NCBI GenBank assembly: GCA_963665115.1
Contig: OY762007.1
Coordinates: forward strand, 4,352,001 to 4,416,000
Direction: 5' to 3'
From: an uncultured Rivularia sp.
GTDB lineage: Bacteria; Cyanobacteriota; Cyanobacteriia; Cyanobacteriales; Nostocaceae
Length of the DNA: 64,000 nucleotides
The notes below the pieces were generated by a model. It searched no databases, was not told the origin of the DNA, and saw only the letters and a list, made by a program, of their open reading frames with translations. Below, piece by piece: positions 39,996 to 51,223 of the stretch. The position numbers were made by a program, and so were the translations under genes. Position 1 is the stretch's first letter. Each line of letters opens with the position of its first letter.

Positions 39996-42900
39996 CTATC
40001 TCCTCCCATTCCCAACCGCAACAGCTTCTCTTTCTTCTTTGGCTTGTTGCTTTTCTGGAGACAAGCTTTGACAGTCGTTTTTAAAGTTACAGAAAAGTGT
40101 GGAAATTACGATGTAAAGCACTGGAACGATAAACAAACTCAATACCGTTGAAACTACCATTCCACCGAATACCGCTGTACCCAAGGATTGACGAGAAGCA
40201 GCACCCGCACCAGTTGCAATTACTAGGGGGAAGATTCCCAATAATGTGGAAATCGCTGTCATGATAATTGGTCTTAAACGCTGTTCGGATGCTTGAATTG
40301 CTGCTCTAGTTATAGATAATCCCTGTTCTCTTAGCTGGTTGGCGAATTCAACAATCAAAATGGCGTTTTTACTAGCCAAACCAATCAACATTACTAAACC
40401 AACTTGACAATAAACATCATTGGGTAAACCCCTTACTGATTGAGCTAATAATGCTCCTAAAATTGCTAGGGGAACTGCTAACAAAATAATAATCGGGTCA
40501 ACGAAGTTCTCGTATTGTGCTGCTAAAACCAAGAACACAAATAAGATACCCAAACCAAAAATTATTGGTGCTTGTCCCCCAGATTGAATTTCTTCTAAAG
40601 TAATCCCCGACCATTCAAAGTCCATGTTTTGGGGTAGTACTTCTTCAGCGATTTCCTCCATCGCTGCGATTGCTTGTCCGGAACTGTAACCGTCTGCTGG
40701 GGAACCGTTGATTTCTATGGAAGGGAACAAATTATAGTGGTTTACTGTTTGGGGTCCGGTAAGGTTTTTGACTTCTACTAAGTCACCCAGGGGAATCATT
40801 GTACCTTGTTGGGAACGAACGTAGAACTGATTAATATCTTTGGGATTGGAACGAAATTCTTTGTCTGCTTGGACGTATACCCGATAAGTGCGTCCAAAAG
40901 CGTTGAAATCATTAACGTAATTGGAACCAATCAAAGTTCCTACAGTTGTCAGCACATCATCAACAGATACTTGTAATGAATTAGCTCTGTCTCGATTAAC
41001 TTCTAGCAATAATTGCGGAGCGTTAGCAGAATAAGTACTAAAAACACCTTGCAATTCCGGTCTTTGATTGGCTTTTTGAATCAACTCGTCTTTAATTTTA
41101 ATAAAAGTTCCAATATCACTATTTCCTTTATCTTGCAGTTGAAAGACAAAACCACCAATACTACCCAAACCTTGAATTGCTGGAGGGTTAAAAGCAATTA
41201 CCCTAGCTTGAGAAATATTTGCTAATCCTCCCCTTACCCGATTCAAAATACTTGCAGCCGATTTTTCGGGGTCTTTTCGCTCTCCCCAAGGTTCAAAGGG
41301 AACAAAAGAAATGCCGTAATTAGCTGCTCTTCCGCTAAAACTAAATCCTCCCAAAGAAAACGTTCCCCTAACTTCAGGAATATCAAGATATTGTTTATCA
41401 ACCTGCTCCATAACTTCCCCGGTATATTCTAAAGAAGTTCCTTCGGGACCTTGAATTAAATTAATTACATAACCTTGGTCTTCATCTGGAAGAAATGCTG
41501 TGGGAACTGTTTGGTACATCCAAACTGTGATTGCAAGTAAAAATGCAAATATTCCTAAAACTATCAATTTAAAATTTGTCAGTAACCCAAGGGCACTTTT
41601 ATACCCCGAACGCATCAAATCAATACCGCGATTTACTACATCAAATATTTTCGCTAACCATCCCGTAGGTTCTTGTCCGGGACGCAATAATAATGATGAA
41701 AGAGCGGGAGTTAATGTTAAAGCATTGAAAGTCGAAATAACAACTGCAAAACTAATAGTTAATGCAAATTGCTGGTAAAGTTGTCCGGTAGTTCCGGGAA
41801 AAAACGCTACAGGAATAAACACCGCTAACAACACCAAAGAAGTTGCAATTACTGCTCCCGAAAGTTCTCCCATCGCTTCAATTGCAGCTAAATGCGGACG
41901 CATTCCTTGTTCTTGTACCTTACCCCCAATATCTTCAACCACCACAATCGCATCATCAACCACCATTCCGGTAGCTAATGTCAAACCGAACAAAGTCAAG
42001 CTATTAATTGAAAAATCAAATACCTTAATAAAAGCAAACGTTCCCACCAAAGCAACTGGAATTACCACTGCTGGAACAATAGTAGCTCGCCAATTTTGCA
42101 AAAACAAAAACAGTACCAAAACCACCAGCAATATTGCTTGAATTAATGTAGTTACTACTTCCTTACTTGATTCCTCAACAAACAAAGTAGGGTCATAAGG
42201 TACCGCATAACTTAATCCAGGGGGAAAATCTTCTGCTAATTCCTTCATTCTCGCTTTCACAGCTGTAGCAGCAGCCAAAGCATTACTACCAGGTGTCTGC
42301 AATACTCGATAACCAATTGCTCCTTGACCTCTATACCGAGCAAAAGTATCGTAATTTTCTGCTCCCAACTCAGCCCTACCAACATCCTTTAACTTAACCA
42401 GCGCTCCATCTTCCCCAGTTTTGAGAACAATTTCCTCAAACTCAGCGACTTCCCTTAAACGACCGGCAGCACGTATAGTTAATTGATACCTTTGTCCATC
42501 ATTCGTTGGTGGTTGACCGATACGTCCAGCACCTATCTGAACATTTTGGGTTTGTAAAGCAGCAACAACATCTCGTGCAGTCACTCCCCGACTCGCCAAA
42601 CGGCTGGGGTCAAGCCACAACCGCATCGCATAACGACGCTCACCAAATGGCTGCATATCGCTAACACCATCAATTCTCTTTATGCTATCGACTACGTATA
42701 AATCTGCATAGTTACTCACAAAGTTGTCATCATAAAGACCTTCTTCTTCACTGAAGATGGACATTCCCACAACAACACTACTCGACTGCTTAAATACATT
42801 AACACCAGTTCTTTGTACAGCCTGCGGTAACTGAGCTTCAGCAATAGATACCCGATTCAAAACATCAACAGCGGCAATATCAAGGTCATAACCCTGCTCA

Positions 42901-43184
42901 AAAGTAACCGTAATACTGCTAGAACCATCATCGCTGCTAGTAGAACTGATGTATCTCATACCCTTGATACCATTAATCTGTCTTTCCAAAACAGTAGTAA
43001 CGGTATCTTCAACAACTTCAGCACTAGCACCAATATAGTTAGCAGAAACAACTACCTGCACCGGACTAACATCGGGATACTGTTCAACAGCCAAAGTCGG
43101 AATACTAACCGCTCCCACCAACAAAATGATGATAGAGCAAACAATTGTTAAAACTGGTCTGCGGATAAAGTTTTCTACAAACAT
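39996..43184 (-). CDS. RND efflux permease (HAE1/AcrB family)
   Basis: FIRRPV, GMVVDDAIVVVE, KNAILIVEFA, RLRPIIMT; 1062 aa. Confidence 0.96.
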   Translation of the reverse strand: MFVENFIRRPVLTIVCSIIILLVGAVSIPTLAVEQYPDVSPVQVVVSANYIGASAEVVEDTVTTVLERQINGIKGMRYISSTSSDDGSSSITVTFEQGYDLDIAAVDVLNRVSIAEAQLPQAVQRTGVNVFKQSSSVVVGMSIFSEEEGLYDDNFVSNYADLYVVDSIKRIDGVSDMQPFGERRYAMRLWLDPSRLASRGVTARDVVAALQTQNVQIGAGRIGQPPTNDGQRYQLTIRAAGRLREVAEFEEIVLKTGEDGALVKLKDVGRAELGAENYDTFARYRGQGAIGYRVLQTPGSNALAAATAVKARMKELAEDFPPGLSYAVPYDPTLFVEESSKEVVTTLIQAILLVVLVLFLFLQNWRATIVPAVVIPVALVGTFAFIKVFDFSINSLTLFGLTLATGMVVDDAIVVVEDIGGKVQEQGMRPHLAAIEAMGELSGAVIATSLVLLAVFIPVAFFPGTTGQLYQQFALTISFAVVISTFNALTLTPALSSLLLRPGQEPTGWLAKIFDVVNRGIDLMRSGYKSALGLLTNFKLIVLGIFAFLLAITVWMYQTVPTAFLPDEDQGYVINLIQGPEGTSLEYTGEVMEQVDKQYLDIPEVRGTFSLGGFSFSGRAANYGISFVPFEPWGERKDPEKSAASILNRVRGGLANISQARVIAFNPPAIQGLGSIGGFVFQLQDKGNSDIGTFIKIKDELIQKANQRPELQGVFSTYSANAPQLLLEVNRDRANSLQVSVDDVLTTVGTLIGSNYVNDFNAFGRTYRVYVQADKEFRSNPKDINQFYVRSQQGTMIPLGDLVEVKNLTGPQTVNHYNLFPSIEINGSPADGYSSGQAIAAMEEIAEEVLPQNMDFEWSGITLEEIQSGGQAPIIFGLGILFVFLVLAAQYENFVDPIIILLAVPLAILGALLAQSVRGLPNDVYCQVGLVMLIGLASKNAILIVEFANQLREQGLSITRAAIQASEQRLRPIIMTAISTLLGIFPLVIATGAGAASRQSLGTAVFGGMVVSTVLSLFIVPVLYIVISTLFCNFKNDCQSLSPEKQQAKEEREAVAVGNGRR

Positions 43185-43375
43185 TTTTTAAAGTTAGGAG
43201 TTAGGAGTTAGGAGTTGGGGAGAGCGGGAAGATGGGGTAGAGGGGGGAGAGGGGGAAGAGGGGGAAGAGGGGGTAGATTAAATAAACTATTTGTAGTGGG
43301 AGCATCTTGCTCCCTGGTTATTTAATAAACAATACCTAATGCCCAATCCCCAATCCCCAATTCCCCATTCCCCAT

Positions 43376-44053
43376 TTAATTTATTTCGCAATTCATTAAT
43401 CTAGCTAGAAAATAATTTGTCATTTTGGAGCCGAAGGGGGAATTCCACCAGCGAGCGGGATGACTGCCGAGGGGAGCGTTTAAACTCCAATCGAGTTCGT
43501 CACATTTTTTCCAACGGTTGTTTTCACGCCATCCCAAGCGTTTTCCCCATTCCTGGATAATCTTGCTGTCTTGTTCGATGGTGGTTTCTAGGCTTCCCCC
43601 TACTTCCTGATAAATACGAGCTTGGATACTAAAACCAAAACGTCGATCGCTGTAGGTAAGCCACAAGTTATCGATTACCTGTAATTGAACACAAGGGAAA
43701 TGCTGTACTTCAGCAGGACGAAAATCTTCTAAATCAGTATGTCCGGCAATATCAGCTATTAAACGTATGGTTTCTGTATCAGCATCTTCCCATTTTTTAG
43801 CAGCAAGCATATCCCTTAATGGCTGGTAGCGTACTATGTCGCTGACTAATTGAAGGCTGTTTTCTATATTAGATATTTTGTCAGATGCATTTTGATTTTG
43901 ATTTTGATTTTTTGTTTCTTGTGCAGGTGAGCGATTATTTTGATTGATTTGTTGCTGTAATTCCGCTACCTGAGCTTTTAATTCATCTAATTGCTTTTGT
44001 ATTTCCAAAAGCTGGGGAGAATCTCTGTTAGTTAATTGTGGAAAGTCAGTCAT
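43376..44053 (-). CDS. GUN4-domain protein with N-terminal coiled coil
   Basis: LRDMLAAKKWEDADTET, FPCVQLQVIDNLW...FGFSIQARIY, APLGSHP. Confidence 0.88.
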   Translation of the reverse strand: MTDFPQLTNRDSPQLLEIQKQLDELKAQVAELQQQINQNNRSPAQETKNQNQNQNASDKISNIENSLQLVSDIVRYQPLRDMLAAKKWEDADTETIRLIADIAGHTDLEDFRPAEVQHFPCVQLQVIDNLWLTYSDRRFGFSIQARIYQEVGGSLETTIEQDSKIIQEWGKRLGWRENNRWKKCDELDWSLNAPLGSHPARWWNSPFGSKMTNYFLARLMNCEIN

Positions 44054-44554
44054 ATCAATTTTGGATTTTAGATTTTAGATTTTGGATTTGTAACTTACTG
44101 TTTCAGTTCAATTTATATCTCGCACAATTTTCAATAAAATCAATTTCTTATTTAAATACATTTTCAAAATACAAAAAAACATATTCAACTTTAAATATTT
44201 TATTAGTCCTATTCATAGGACTTTTGCTATTAGCTTGGGATTTGCAATCCCAAGTGGTTTTGAGAATGGTGCAAGATGTAATTTGAATTAGTTTAAATGA
44301 ACTAATTAGTTGTTTAGATTTAGACTTATATTTATATTTTTTCATTATCAAAAATATAAATAATTCCCTAAAACCATTTATTTATATTTATTTGACTTCG
44401 TTTTAACCCACCTGGGGTTGCAAACCCCAGGCTAATAGCAGAAGTCCTATAAATAGGACTAAAAGTTTTGTAGTTAGGAGATTTACATTTTGTTTTTTGC
44501 ATATCATAATTATTACTGCTAACTGTTCACTGTTCACTGCTAACTGCTCACTGT

Positions 44555-45958
44555 TCACTGTTCCGGTGCGATCGCCGCACCATCTGATAAATTCAAAATA
44601 CCTGTGGTTGCGATTGTTTCCCCGGCTTTCAATCCTTCAATAACTCGATAACTATTACCTTGAATTTGTCCTAATTGAACTGGTCTTTGCTTAACAATTT
44701 GCTGCATTTCGCCAGATTCTGCATTTTTCTCGTTTTCGGCGACAAATACAAATGCTTGATTGCCAACTCTAGATATTGCAACTGTGGGAACTAGTACTGC
44801 TGGGGTTAAATCCCAAATCACCCTAGCTCTAACAAATTGGTCGGAACGCAATCTACCTTCGGGATTGTCAAAGATGGCTTTGGCTGTAATTGCTTGGGTT
44901 GTGGGATTTGCTTCTGGTGAAATAAAGCTGATTCTTCCTGTAACTAATGGTTTGCGTGCCTGTTTGTCAACTCTCAACTGCACTGGAAGTCCGATTCTAA
45001 GTTGAGTTGCTTTTTCTGCTGGTACCGAAAATCGTACTTCTAAGGCTCTATTTGATGTCAAAGTGGTTAATGCATCTCCGGTATTTACATAGTCTCCAAC
45101 TTTGAGGGTAATATCTCCTACTATTCCAGCTACGGGAGCTAAAACTCTGGTATCTTCTAAATCCTCGCTTTCTACCTTTGCTTGAGCCTGGGCTTGACTT
45201 AGTGCAGCGTTTTCTCGATCTAAATTGGCTCTTGCTGCTTCTATCTCTTGTTGAGTTGCGATAACGGTAGCTTGAGCGGCATTCAAATCTTTTTGTGCTG
45301 AATTCCGAGCGGCGATTGCGGTATCTAAGTTACGCTTCTGTACGTCTAAGGCTTGTCGCGCTTGTGCCCCTTGATTTACTAAGGTTTGCGTGCGCTTGAA
45401 TTCTGCTTGCTGTAAGGTAACTTCGGCATTTTGACGCTCAACTCCAGCAGCAGCAGATTCTCTTCTTTCTTGGGATTCCCTCAAACGAGCTTGGGATGTT
45501 TTTAATGCTGCTTCGGCATTAGCGCGAGCCGCTCTTTGCACATTAATATTTGCTGTGGCTGCATTTAACTGCGCTCTAGAACGGTCGAGACGCAGTTGCA
45601 TTATCGGCGTACCCGCTCTCACTTGCTGCCCCGAACGTGCCAAAATTTGCTCTATTCGTCCGGGTATTTCCGGTCTGAGGGTAACTTTTTGTTCTGCTGT
45701 TAAATTCCCTACATAATCAGAACTATCCTCAAATTGCCCTGTTTCTATCTGTTGGAGGGTGACATTAACAGCTTGAGGTGCTGGTGGTGCGGAATCGGAA
45801 TCATTGCGTAGAAAAAAGTACCAAATTAATCCACCACCTGTTAATAGTGCTAGAAGAATTAATAACCATAACCATTTTCTTTTCTTTTGCGGTTTTTCTG
45901 ATTCTAACGGTTGAGAATCATCAACAACTGAGCCTGGAGTTTGGGAGGAGGAAGTCAT
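44555..45958 (-). CDS. RND efflux periplasmic adaptor (MFP)
   Basis: N-terminal TM segment, lipoyl-like halves, long coiled coil, VLAPVAGIVG. Confidence 0.93.
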   Translation of the reverse strand: MTSSSQTPGSVVDDSQPLESEKPQKKRKWLWLLILLALLTGGGLIWYFFLRNDSDSAPPAPQAVNVTLQQIETGQFEDSSDYVGNLTAEQKVTLRPEIPGRIEQILARSGQQVRAGTPIMQLRLDRSRAQLNAATANINVQRAARANAEAALKTSQARLRESQERRESAAAGVERQNAEVTLQQAEFKRTQTLVNQGAQARQALDVQKRNLDTAIAARNSAQKDLNAAQATVIATQQEIEAARANLDRENAALSQAQAQAKVESEDLEDTRVLAPVAGIVGDITLKVGDYVNTGDALTTLTSNRALEVRFSVPAEKATQLRIGLPVQLRVDKQARKPLVTGRISFISPEANPTTQAITAKAIFDNPEGRLRSDQFVRARVIWDLTPAVLVPTVAISRVGNQAFVFVAENEKNAESGEMQQIVKQRPVQLGQIQGNSYRVIEGLKAGETIATTGILNLSDGAAIAPEQ

Positions 45959-46009
45959 TGGTATTAGGTAATAGGGAATGGGTAATGGCTAAGAGGGAAG
46001 AGATAACAA

Positions 46010-47458
46010 TTAATTAAATTTAGAAATTGGTACGCAATCTGTCTCGGAGTTTTCTTCGGATTCCTCTACTTTTGGAGAACTTGTAAATACGAATCTGAGC
46101 ATAATCGGTGCAATTAAAGTTGTGACAATCACCATAATAATTATTGCTGCATCTAAAGAATTTGATAAAGCTCCTGTTGTCGCACCTAAGCCAGCAAATA
46201 CTAATCCAACCTCACCTCTGGGAATCATTCCGGTACCAATTGCCAGTCTATTTATCGGTTTATCTGTAAATACTGCAAAGCCTGCGATGATTTTACCAAG
46301 TATTGCAATGACAATTAAACAAGCTGCAATTATCAAGCCTTTTTGATTGGCTGCAACTGTAGGATTTAAAACGCTTAAGTCAACTTTTGCGCCAATTGTG
46401 ACAAAAAATATCGTTGTGTAAACAAATATAAACGGCTCAAATAAACTCTGCAATTTTTCTTGAAATTCTGTTTCTCCTAAAACTAAACCTGCTGCAAATG
46501 CTCCTAAAATTGCCTCTAAACCGACAGCGGTTGCTAGTAAAGCGCAGGAATTTAGAAATATAACTGCTAAGAGCATCAAAGCCGCAGGATTCTTAATTTT
46601 ATTGATTGCAGCTACGAAAATAGAACCGAAAAACTGATTGAGAAAAACTGCACCGAGAACAAATAAAGTAGCGCTAGTAAGTAAATAGATGATGTTGCCA
46701 ATTTCAACTTCCCCGGTTTGTACTAAACTCAGCACGACTGCTAATATTACAATTCCGAGAATGTCGTCTAAAATTGCCGCTCCGAGAATTATTTGTCCTT
46801 CATCAGAGTTCAGACTACCAATATCTTGCAATACTTTGGCTGTAATACCGATACTTGTCGCAGTCAGAGCCGCACCAGCAAATAAAGCGGGTATAGTTGC
46901 AATCCCAAAAAATTTAATCAGTACAAAAGTTCCCAAAACAAAAGGAACTGCTACCCCAGTGAATGCCACAGTTGCAGCTTGAGTACCCACCCGAATCAAT
47001 TCTTTGAGATCCGATTCTAATCCGGTGGTAAACAACAGGGTTAAAAGTCCGATATTGGCGCTTGCTTCCAGAAAATCCCTCATCTGGAATTTGTAAGCTT
47101 GTTCAACAACTTCGGCAGAAGCACCCGTTACTAATTCCAAACCTCGAAGCAAAATACCGTTAGCTTCTATTCCTTCAGGGGAGAAGATTAAAAATCCTAA
47201 TATTGAACCTCCGAGCAACATCCCCGCAACCAAATCTCCTAAGACAGTAGGTAGTTTAAGACGGGTACAAATTTCTCCTAAAACAAGGCTAAAAATAAAA
47301 ATAATTCCAGCAGTACCGACTAAAGCGGCAATAGCGGCTTTTTCTTCTCCTCCAGAGCCACTAGCTTCTGCTAACAAGCAATTATGTACAGGGTACAACA
47401 GGGAGGTAATCGGTAAATCTAATAGCTCCAAACTGTTTGTAGTTATTGCATTAAGCAT
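46010..47458 (-). CDS. Cation:proton antiporter (CPA2, NhaS3-like)
   Basis: ATSIGITAKVL, AAILDDILG, GMIPRGEVGL. Confidence 0.92.
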   Translation of the reverse strand: MLNAITTNSLELLDLPITSLLYPVHNCLLAEASGSGGEEKAAIAALVGTAGIIFIFSLVLGEICTRLKLPTVLGDLVAGMLLGGSILGFLIFSPEGIEANGILLRGLELVTGASAEVVEQAYKFQMRDFLEASANIGLLTLLFTTGLESDLKELIRVGTQAATVAFTGVAVPFVLGTFVLIKFFGIATIPALFAGAALTATSIGITAKVLQDIGSLNSDEGQIILGAAILDDILGIVILAVVLSLVQTGEVEIGNIIYLLTSATLFVLGAVFLNQFFGSIFVAAINKIKNPAALMLLAVIFLNSCALLATAVGLEAILGAFAAGLVLGETEFQEKLQSLFEPFIFVYTTIFFVTIGAKVDLSVLNPTVAANQKGLIIAACLIVIAILGKIIAGFAVFTDKPINRLAIGTGMIPRGEVGLVFAGLGATTGALSNSLDAAIIIMVIVTTLIAPIMLRFVFTSSPKVEESEENSETDCVPISKFN

Positions 47459-48014
47459 TTAAAGAAGACCTTTAATTTAATAAATAAGATCGAACATCAG
47501 AGAATGTTGGTAAAGCTTAAATTATTACTTTGACTTAATCATCAATTACGAAAGTTTATTCTATAATCTCATTTTTTACGATTAATGCTCATCATCAAGC
47601 TTTAAATAGAGCAAGTATTATTTTTACTTATCTTTAGTATTTAAAATAATCTTTTTACAGCTATTTTTTACAGCTATTTAATTACTTGAAGATTATAACC
47701 TCAACTATAGCATTCATATCTTTTTAACCTCCTACTAATATCAAGGCTAATTGTATGTACAGATTATACGAACTAATAATTTGTAAATATACCAGCTTTT
47801 GGTATTTTGTAACAGAAATTTGCTATTTCTGAAAACATTTCTTTATGATTGCGTAATTTTCAGCAAGATTTTCACAAAATAGCAATATCTTGATATACTT
47901 TTTTATCCGATTAGTTTTGATACAGTAATTCTCAGTATTTAAAAAGCAAATTTTCAAATAATCACTCTATAATCTAAACAAATAAAAAATTAGTAATTTT
48001 ACACTTATTATGGT

Positions 48015-48972
48015 TTAAATATCTCGTGCAGCTTCAAGTAACTGAGTACGCAACCACCGATGGGATAAACTATTTGTATTGCGTTGATGCCATACCATCG
48101 AAACCGTAAATCCTTTTATTTCAATCGGTGGCTGTAATAGTTTTAAACCTAATGTTTTAGCGCAATTTTGAGCAATACGGTTAGGAAGCAAGGTAACGCA
48201 ATCTGAATTAGCAATTAGAAAGGGGATCGGCATAAAATGAGGAGTTGACCAAATTACTCGTCGTTGAAGCTGAAGTTGAGCTAAAATTTTATCCCCAGAG
48301 CCTTGAAAATCATCTCGCATTGATACTAGCAAGTGCGATAGCGAAGCGCTGCTGCAAGCAGAAACGCCCTACATAATCTTCCACAGATAATTCTGTCAGA
48401 GGACAATCACTTTTGACTACACAGACAAATTCTTCCTCGTACAAATCCTCGCGAAGATGCCAGCGTTTCACAGGTAATTCAGCATCAACAACCAAATCAA
48501 TTTGGTTATTATCTAAAGCATCCATTGCTTGTTCTTTGTTCAAATTACAAATACGAATGCGGATATTTGGTGCATGATTGATTAGCTGTTGCAGCAAGCT
48601 GACTCCTAAAGTGGTTTCAATATAGTCGCTAGCAGCAATTTTAAAATCTTCGCGAGCGGTAGCTGGCTCGAAACTTTCTTTGTCTAATAAAGTTGACTGA
48701 ATTTCCGCCAAAATTTGATGTACCCGGAAGCTGATTTCCCTAGCTAATGGAGTTACTTCCATATCTCGCGAGGTTCTAATCAAGATTTCATCATCCAAAA
48801 CAGTCCGCAGTCTTTTTAAAGCATGGCTCATGGAAGACTGACTCATATTAAGCTTTTCGGCAGCTTTGGTAACGCTGGCTTCTTCAATCAAAACATCGAG
48901 GGCAATCAGTAGATTGAGATCGAGTTTTCGCAAGTTTGTGTAATCGATATTCACAGAGGAAGATGTTGTCAT
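48015..48972 (-). CDS. LysR-family regulator frameshifted by a 25-nt insertion at a HIP1 site
   Basis: LDLNLLIALD...SVTKAAEKL HTH. Removing 48340-48364 restores GCGATCGC and DYVGRSHLLVSMRDD, joining both ORFs. Confidence 0.88.
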
Positions 48973-49383
48973 CGATGTCGTCGATATCTATTATCTATGA
49001 TATTTGTTTGACTAATACGACCAATTTCATTAGTCTACAGATATAAGTTTAAAGTCGCAATTTAATTGAAAAAAAGATTTGTGTCGCTTTATTTATCGAC
49101 TCATTGATGCATAGTACTTATTTATTGATTAAAGGATGGAAATTCTTTAGCTGTAAAAAATTTATTTGCTTACATCTCGTACCTTTTTACAAACCCAGTT
49201 TTTTTCGTTAAAACAAGATTTTTACGTTGGTAAACCAGTAAAAATTAGGTTTTTTTGGGCTATTTTAGAATCGCACAATAAGTTATTTGTTAAATATTGC
49301 TATCTCATAGGAAATCACTGAAGATTTACATCTTACTTGCTTGAATAATTCAGTTAATTATTAAAGGTGTCATAGGTAAAATT

Positions 49384-50016
49384 ATGAAAATCGGCATTAT
49401 TGGATCGGGAAATATTGGTGGGAATTTAGGTAAACATTGGGCTACATCTGGACATGAGGTGATGTTTAGTTCTCGAAATCCCGAAAAACTAAAATCAATG
49501 GCAGATGAGGTAGGTGCAAAAACTGGAACTCCTCAAGAAGCTGCTGATTTTGGCGAAGTTATTTTACTGGCAATTCCCTTTGGTAAAGTTCCTCAATTAG
49601 CTCAACAAATCGGCAGTTTAGACAATAAAATTCTCGTCGATGCAGGTAATCCATATCCTCAAAGAGACGGTGATGTTGCACAGAAAGTGATTGATGATGA
49701 TTCTCAAACCGCAACGGGTTATGTTGCCAGTCAATTTCCCAAAGCAAAAACCGTCAAAGCATTTAATTCTGTTTTTTATAAAGTCTTTGCCGAAAAAGCT
49801 TTTTTAGAAGGTGATGAAAGAATTGCCGTACAAATTTGTAGCGATGATGAGCAAGCAAAGGAAACGGTAAAGCAGCTTATAAAAGATATTGGTTTTGCTC
49901 CTCAAGATTTAGGTGGATTAAACAAAGGCGTTCTTTTTGAACCCGATGCTCCTCTCTATAATCAAAATCTCAAAATTGGTGAAGCGGAGAAACTTTTGAG
50001 TGAAATTCAAAAATAG
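49384..50016 (+). CDS. NADP-dependent oxidoreductase (F420-dependent NADP reductase-like)
   Basis: MKIGIIGSGNIG, VDAGNP, VKAFN; divergent from the LysR gene. Confidence 0.88.
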   Translation: MKIGIIGSGNIGGNLGKHWATSGHEVMFSSRNPEKLKSMADEVGAKTGTPQEAADFGEVILLAIPFGKVPQLAQQIGSLDNKILVDAGNPYPQRDGDVAQKVIDDDSQTATGYVASQFPKAKTVKAFNSVFYKVFAEKAFLEGDERIAVQICSDDEQAKETVKQLIKDIGFAPQDLGGLNKGVLFEPDAPLYNQNLKIGEAEKLLSEIQK

Positions 50017-50380
50017 GGAGTGGGGAGTAAGTAGGGAGTAAGTAGGGAGTAGGGAGTAGGGAGTAGGGAGTAGGGAGTAGGGAGTAGGGAGTAGGGAGTA
50101 GGAAGTAGGAAGTAGGGAGTAGGGAGTAGGGAGTAGGGAGTAGGGAGTAGGGAGTAGGGAGTAGGGAGTAGGGAGTAGGGAGTAGGGAGTAGGGAGTAGG
50201 GAGTAAGTATGGAGTAGGGAGTAGGGAGTAAGTATGGAGTAGGGAGTAGGGAGTAGGGAGTAGGGAGTAGGAAGTAGGGAGTAGGGAGTAGGGAGTAGGA
50301 AGTAGGGAGTAGGGAGTAGGGAGTAGGGAGTAGGGAGTAAGTAGGGAGTAAGTATGGAGTAGGGAGTAGGGAGTAGGGAA
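50016..50380. repeat. Long STRR heptamer tract (GGGAGTA)n
   Basis: About 365 bp of GGGAGTA with GGAAGTA and AGTA/TGGAGTA variants. Confidence 0.95.
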
Positions 50381-50488
50381 TAGAGATTAAAAGCTGATCT
50401 AATCGATCGATCCTACCTAAAGGATATTAAAAGATATTACAATTGATGCGATAATATTGATTCTGGATCAATCTCAGCTTTTATCTCA

Positions 50489-51136
50489 ATGTCCCAAATC
50501 ATCTGGATAGCCAGACACGCTAATCGTCTTGACTTTGTAAACCCCGACTGGTTTTTAACAGCCGAAAGACGTTACGATCCACCGCTATCAGATGATGGTA
50601 TGGTACAGGCACAGCAATTAGCGAATCGTCTGAAGACAGAAAAAATTGATCGTATTTTTGCTTCTCCATTTTTACGTACCGTACAAACAGCAAGTGCGAT
50701 CGCCGAAGTTCTAGATTTACCGATAAAATTGGAAACGGGATTGAGTGAATGGTTGAATCCTGAGTGGATGACTGAAGAGCCAGAAAGAGCTTCAATAAAA
50801 GAATTAAAAGAGTTATATCCTTATATTGACGTTAGCTATACGCCACAAATAGCAGTCAAATATCCCGAAACTCGCCAACAAATGCGCCGACGCTCCGCAC
50901 AAACTGCCAGATGTTTGGCAACAGAATATTCTCCAGACAATATTTTATTAGTCGCTCATGGTGCATCGGTACTAGGTGCGGCTATGGGATTTGTAGGGGA
51001 TTTCGCCATAGGTAAAGTCATAGCTTCCCTCTGTAGCTTAGTAAAAATAGTCCGTCAAGAGCCAGAATGGTTTTTAGAACTCACGGGAGATACTTCTCAT
51101 TTGACAGAAGTTGAAGAAGTGGTGAGGTTTAATTAA
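50489..51136 (+). CDS. Histidine phosphatase (phosphoglycerate mutase superfamily)
   Basis: IARHAN, ASPFLRTVQTA, LVAHG. Confidence 0.9.
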   Translation: MSQIIWIARHANRLDFVNPDWFLTAERRYDPPLSDDGMVQAQQLANRLKTEKIDRIFASPFLRTVQTASAIAEVLDLPIKLETGLSEWLNPEWMTEEPERASIKELKELYPYIDVSYTPQIAVKYPETRQQMRRRSAQTARCLATEYSPDNILLVAHGASVLGAAMGFVGDFAIGKVIASLCSLVKIVRQEPEWFLELTGDTSHLTEVEEVVRFN

Positions 51137-51223
51137 TTATTAGGGATGGGGCATTGGGGATTGGGAATGACTTTTGAAAGGGTTCCCAATCTTCTTGTTT
51201 GCAAGTAAAAAATTAATTTTTAA

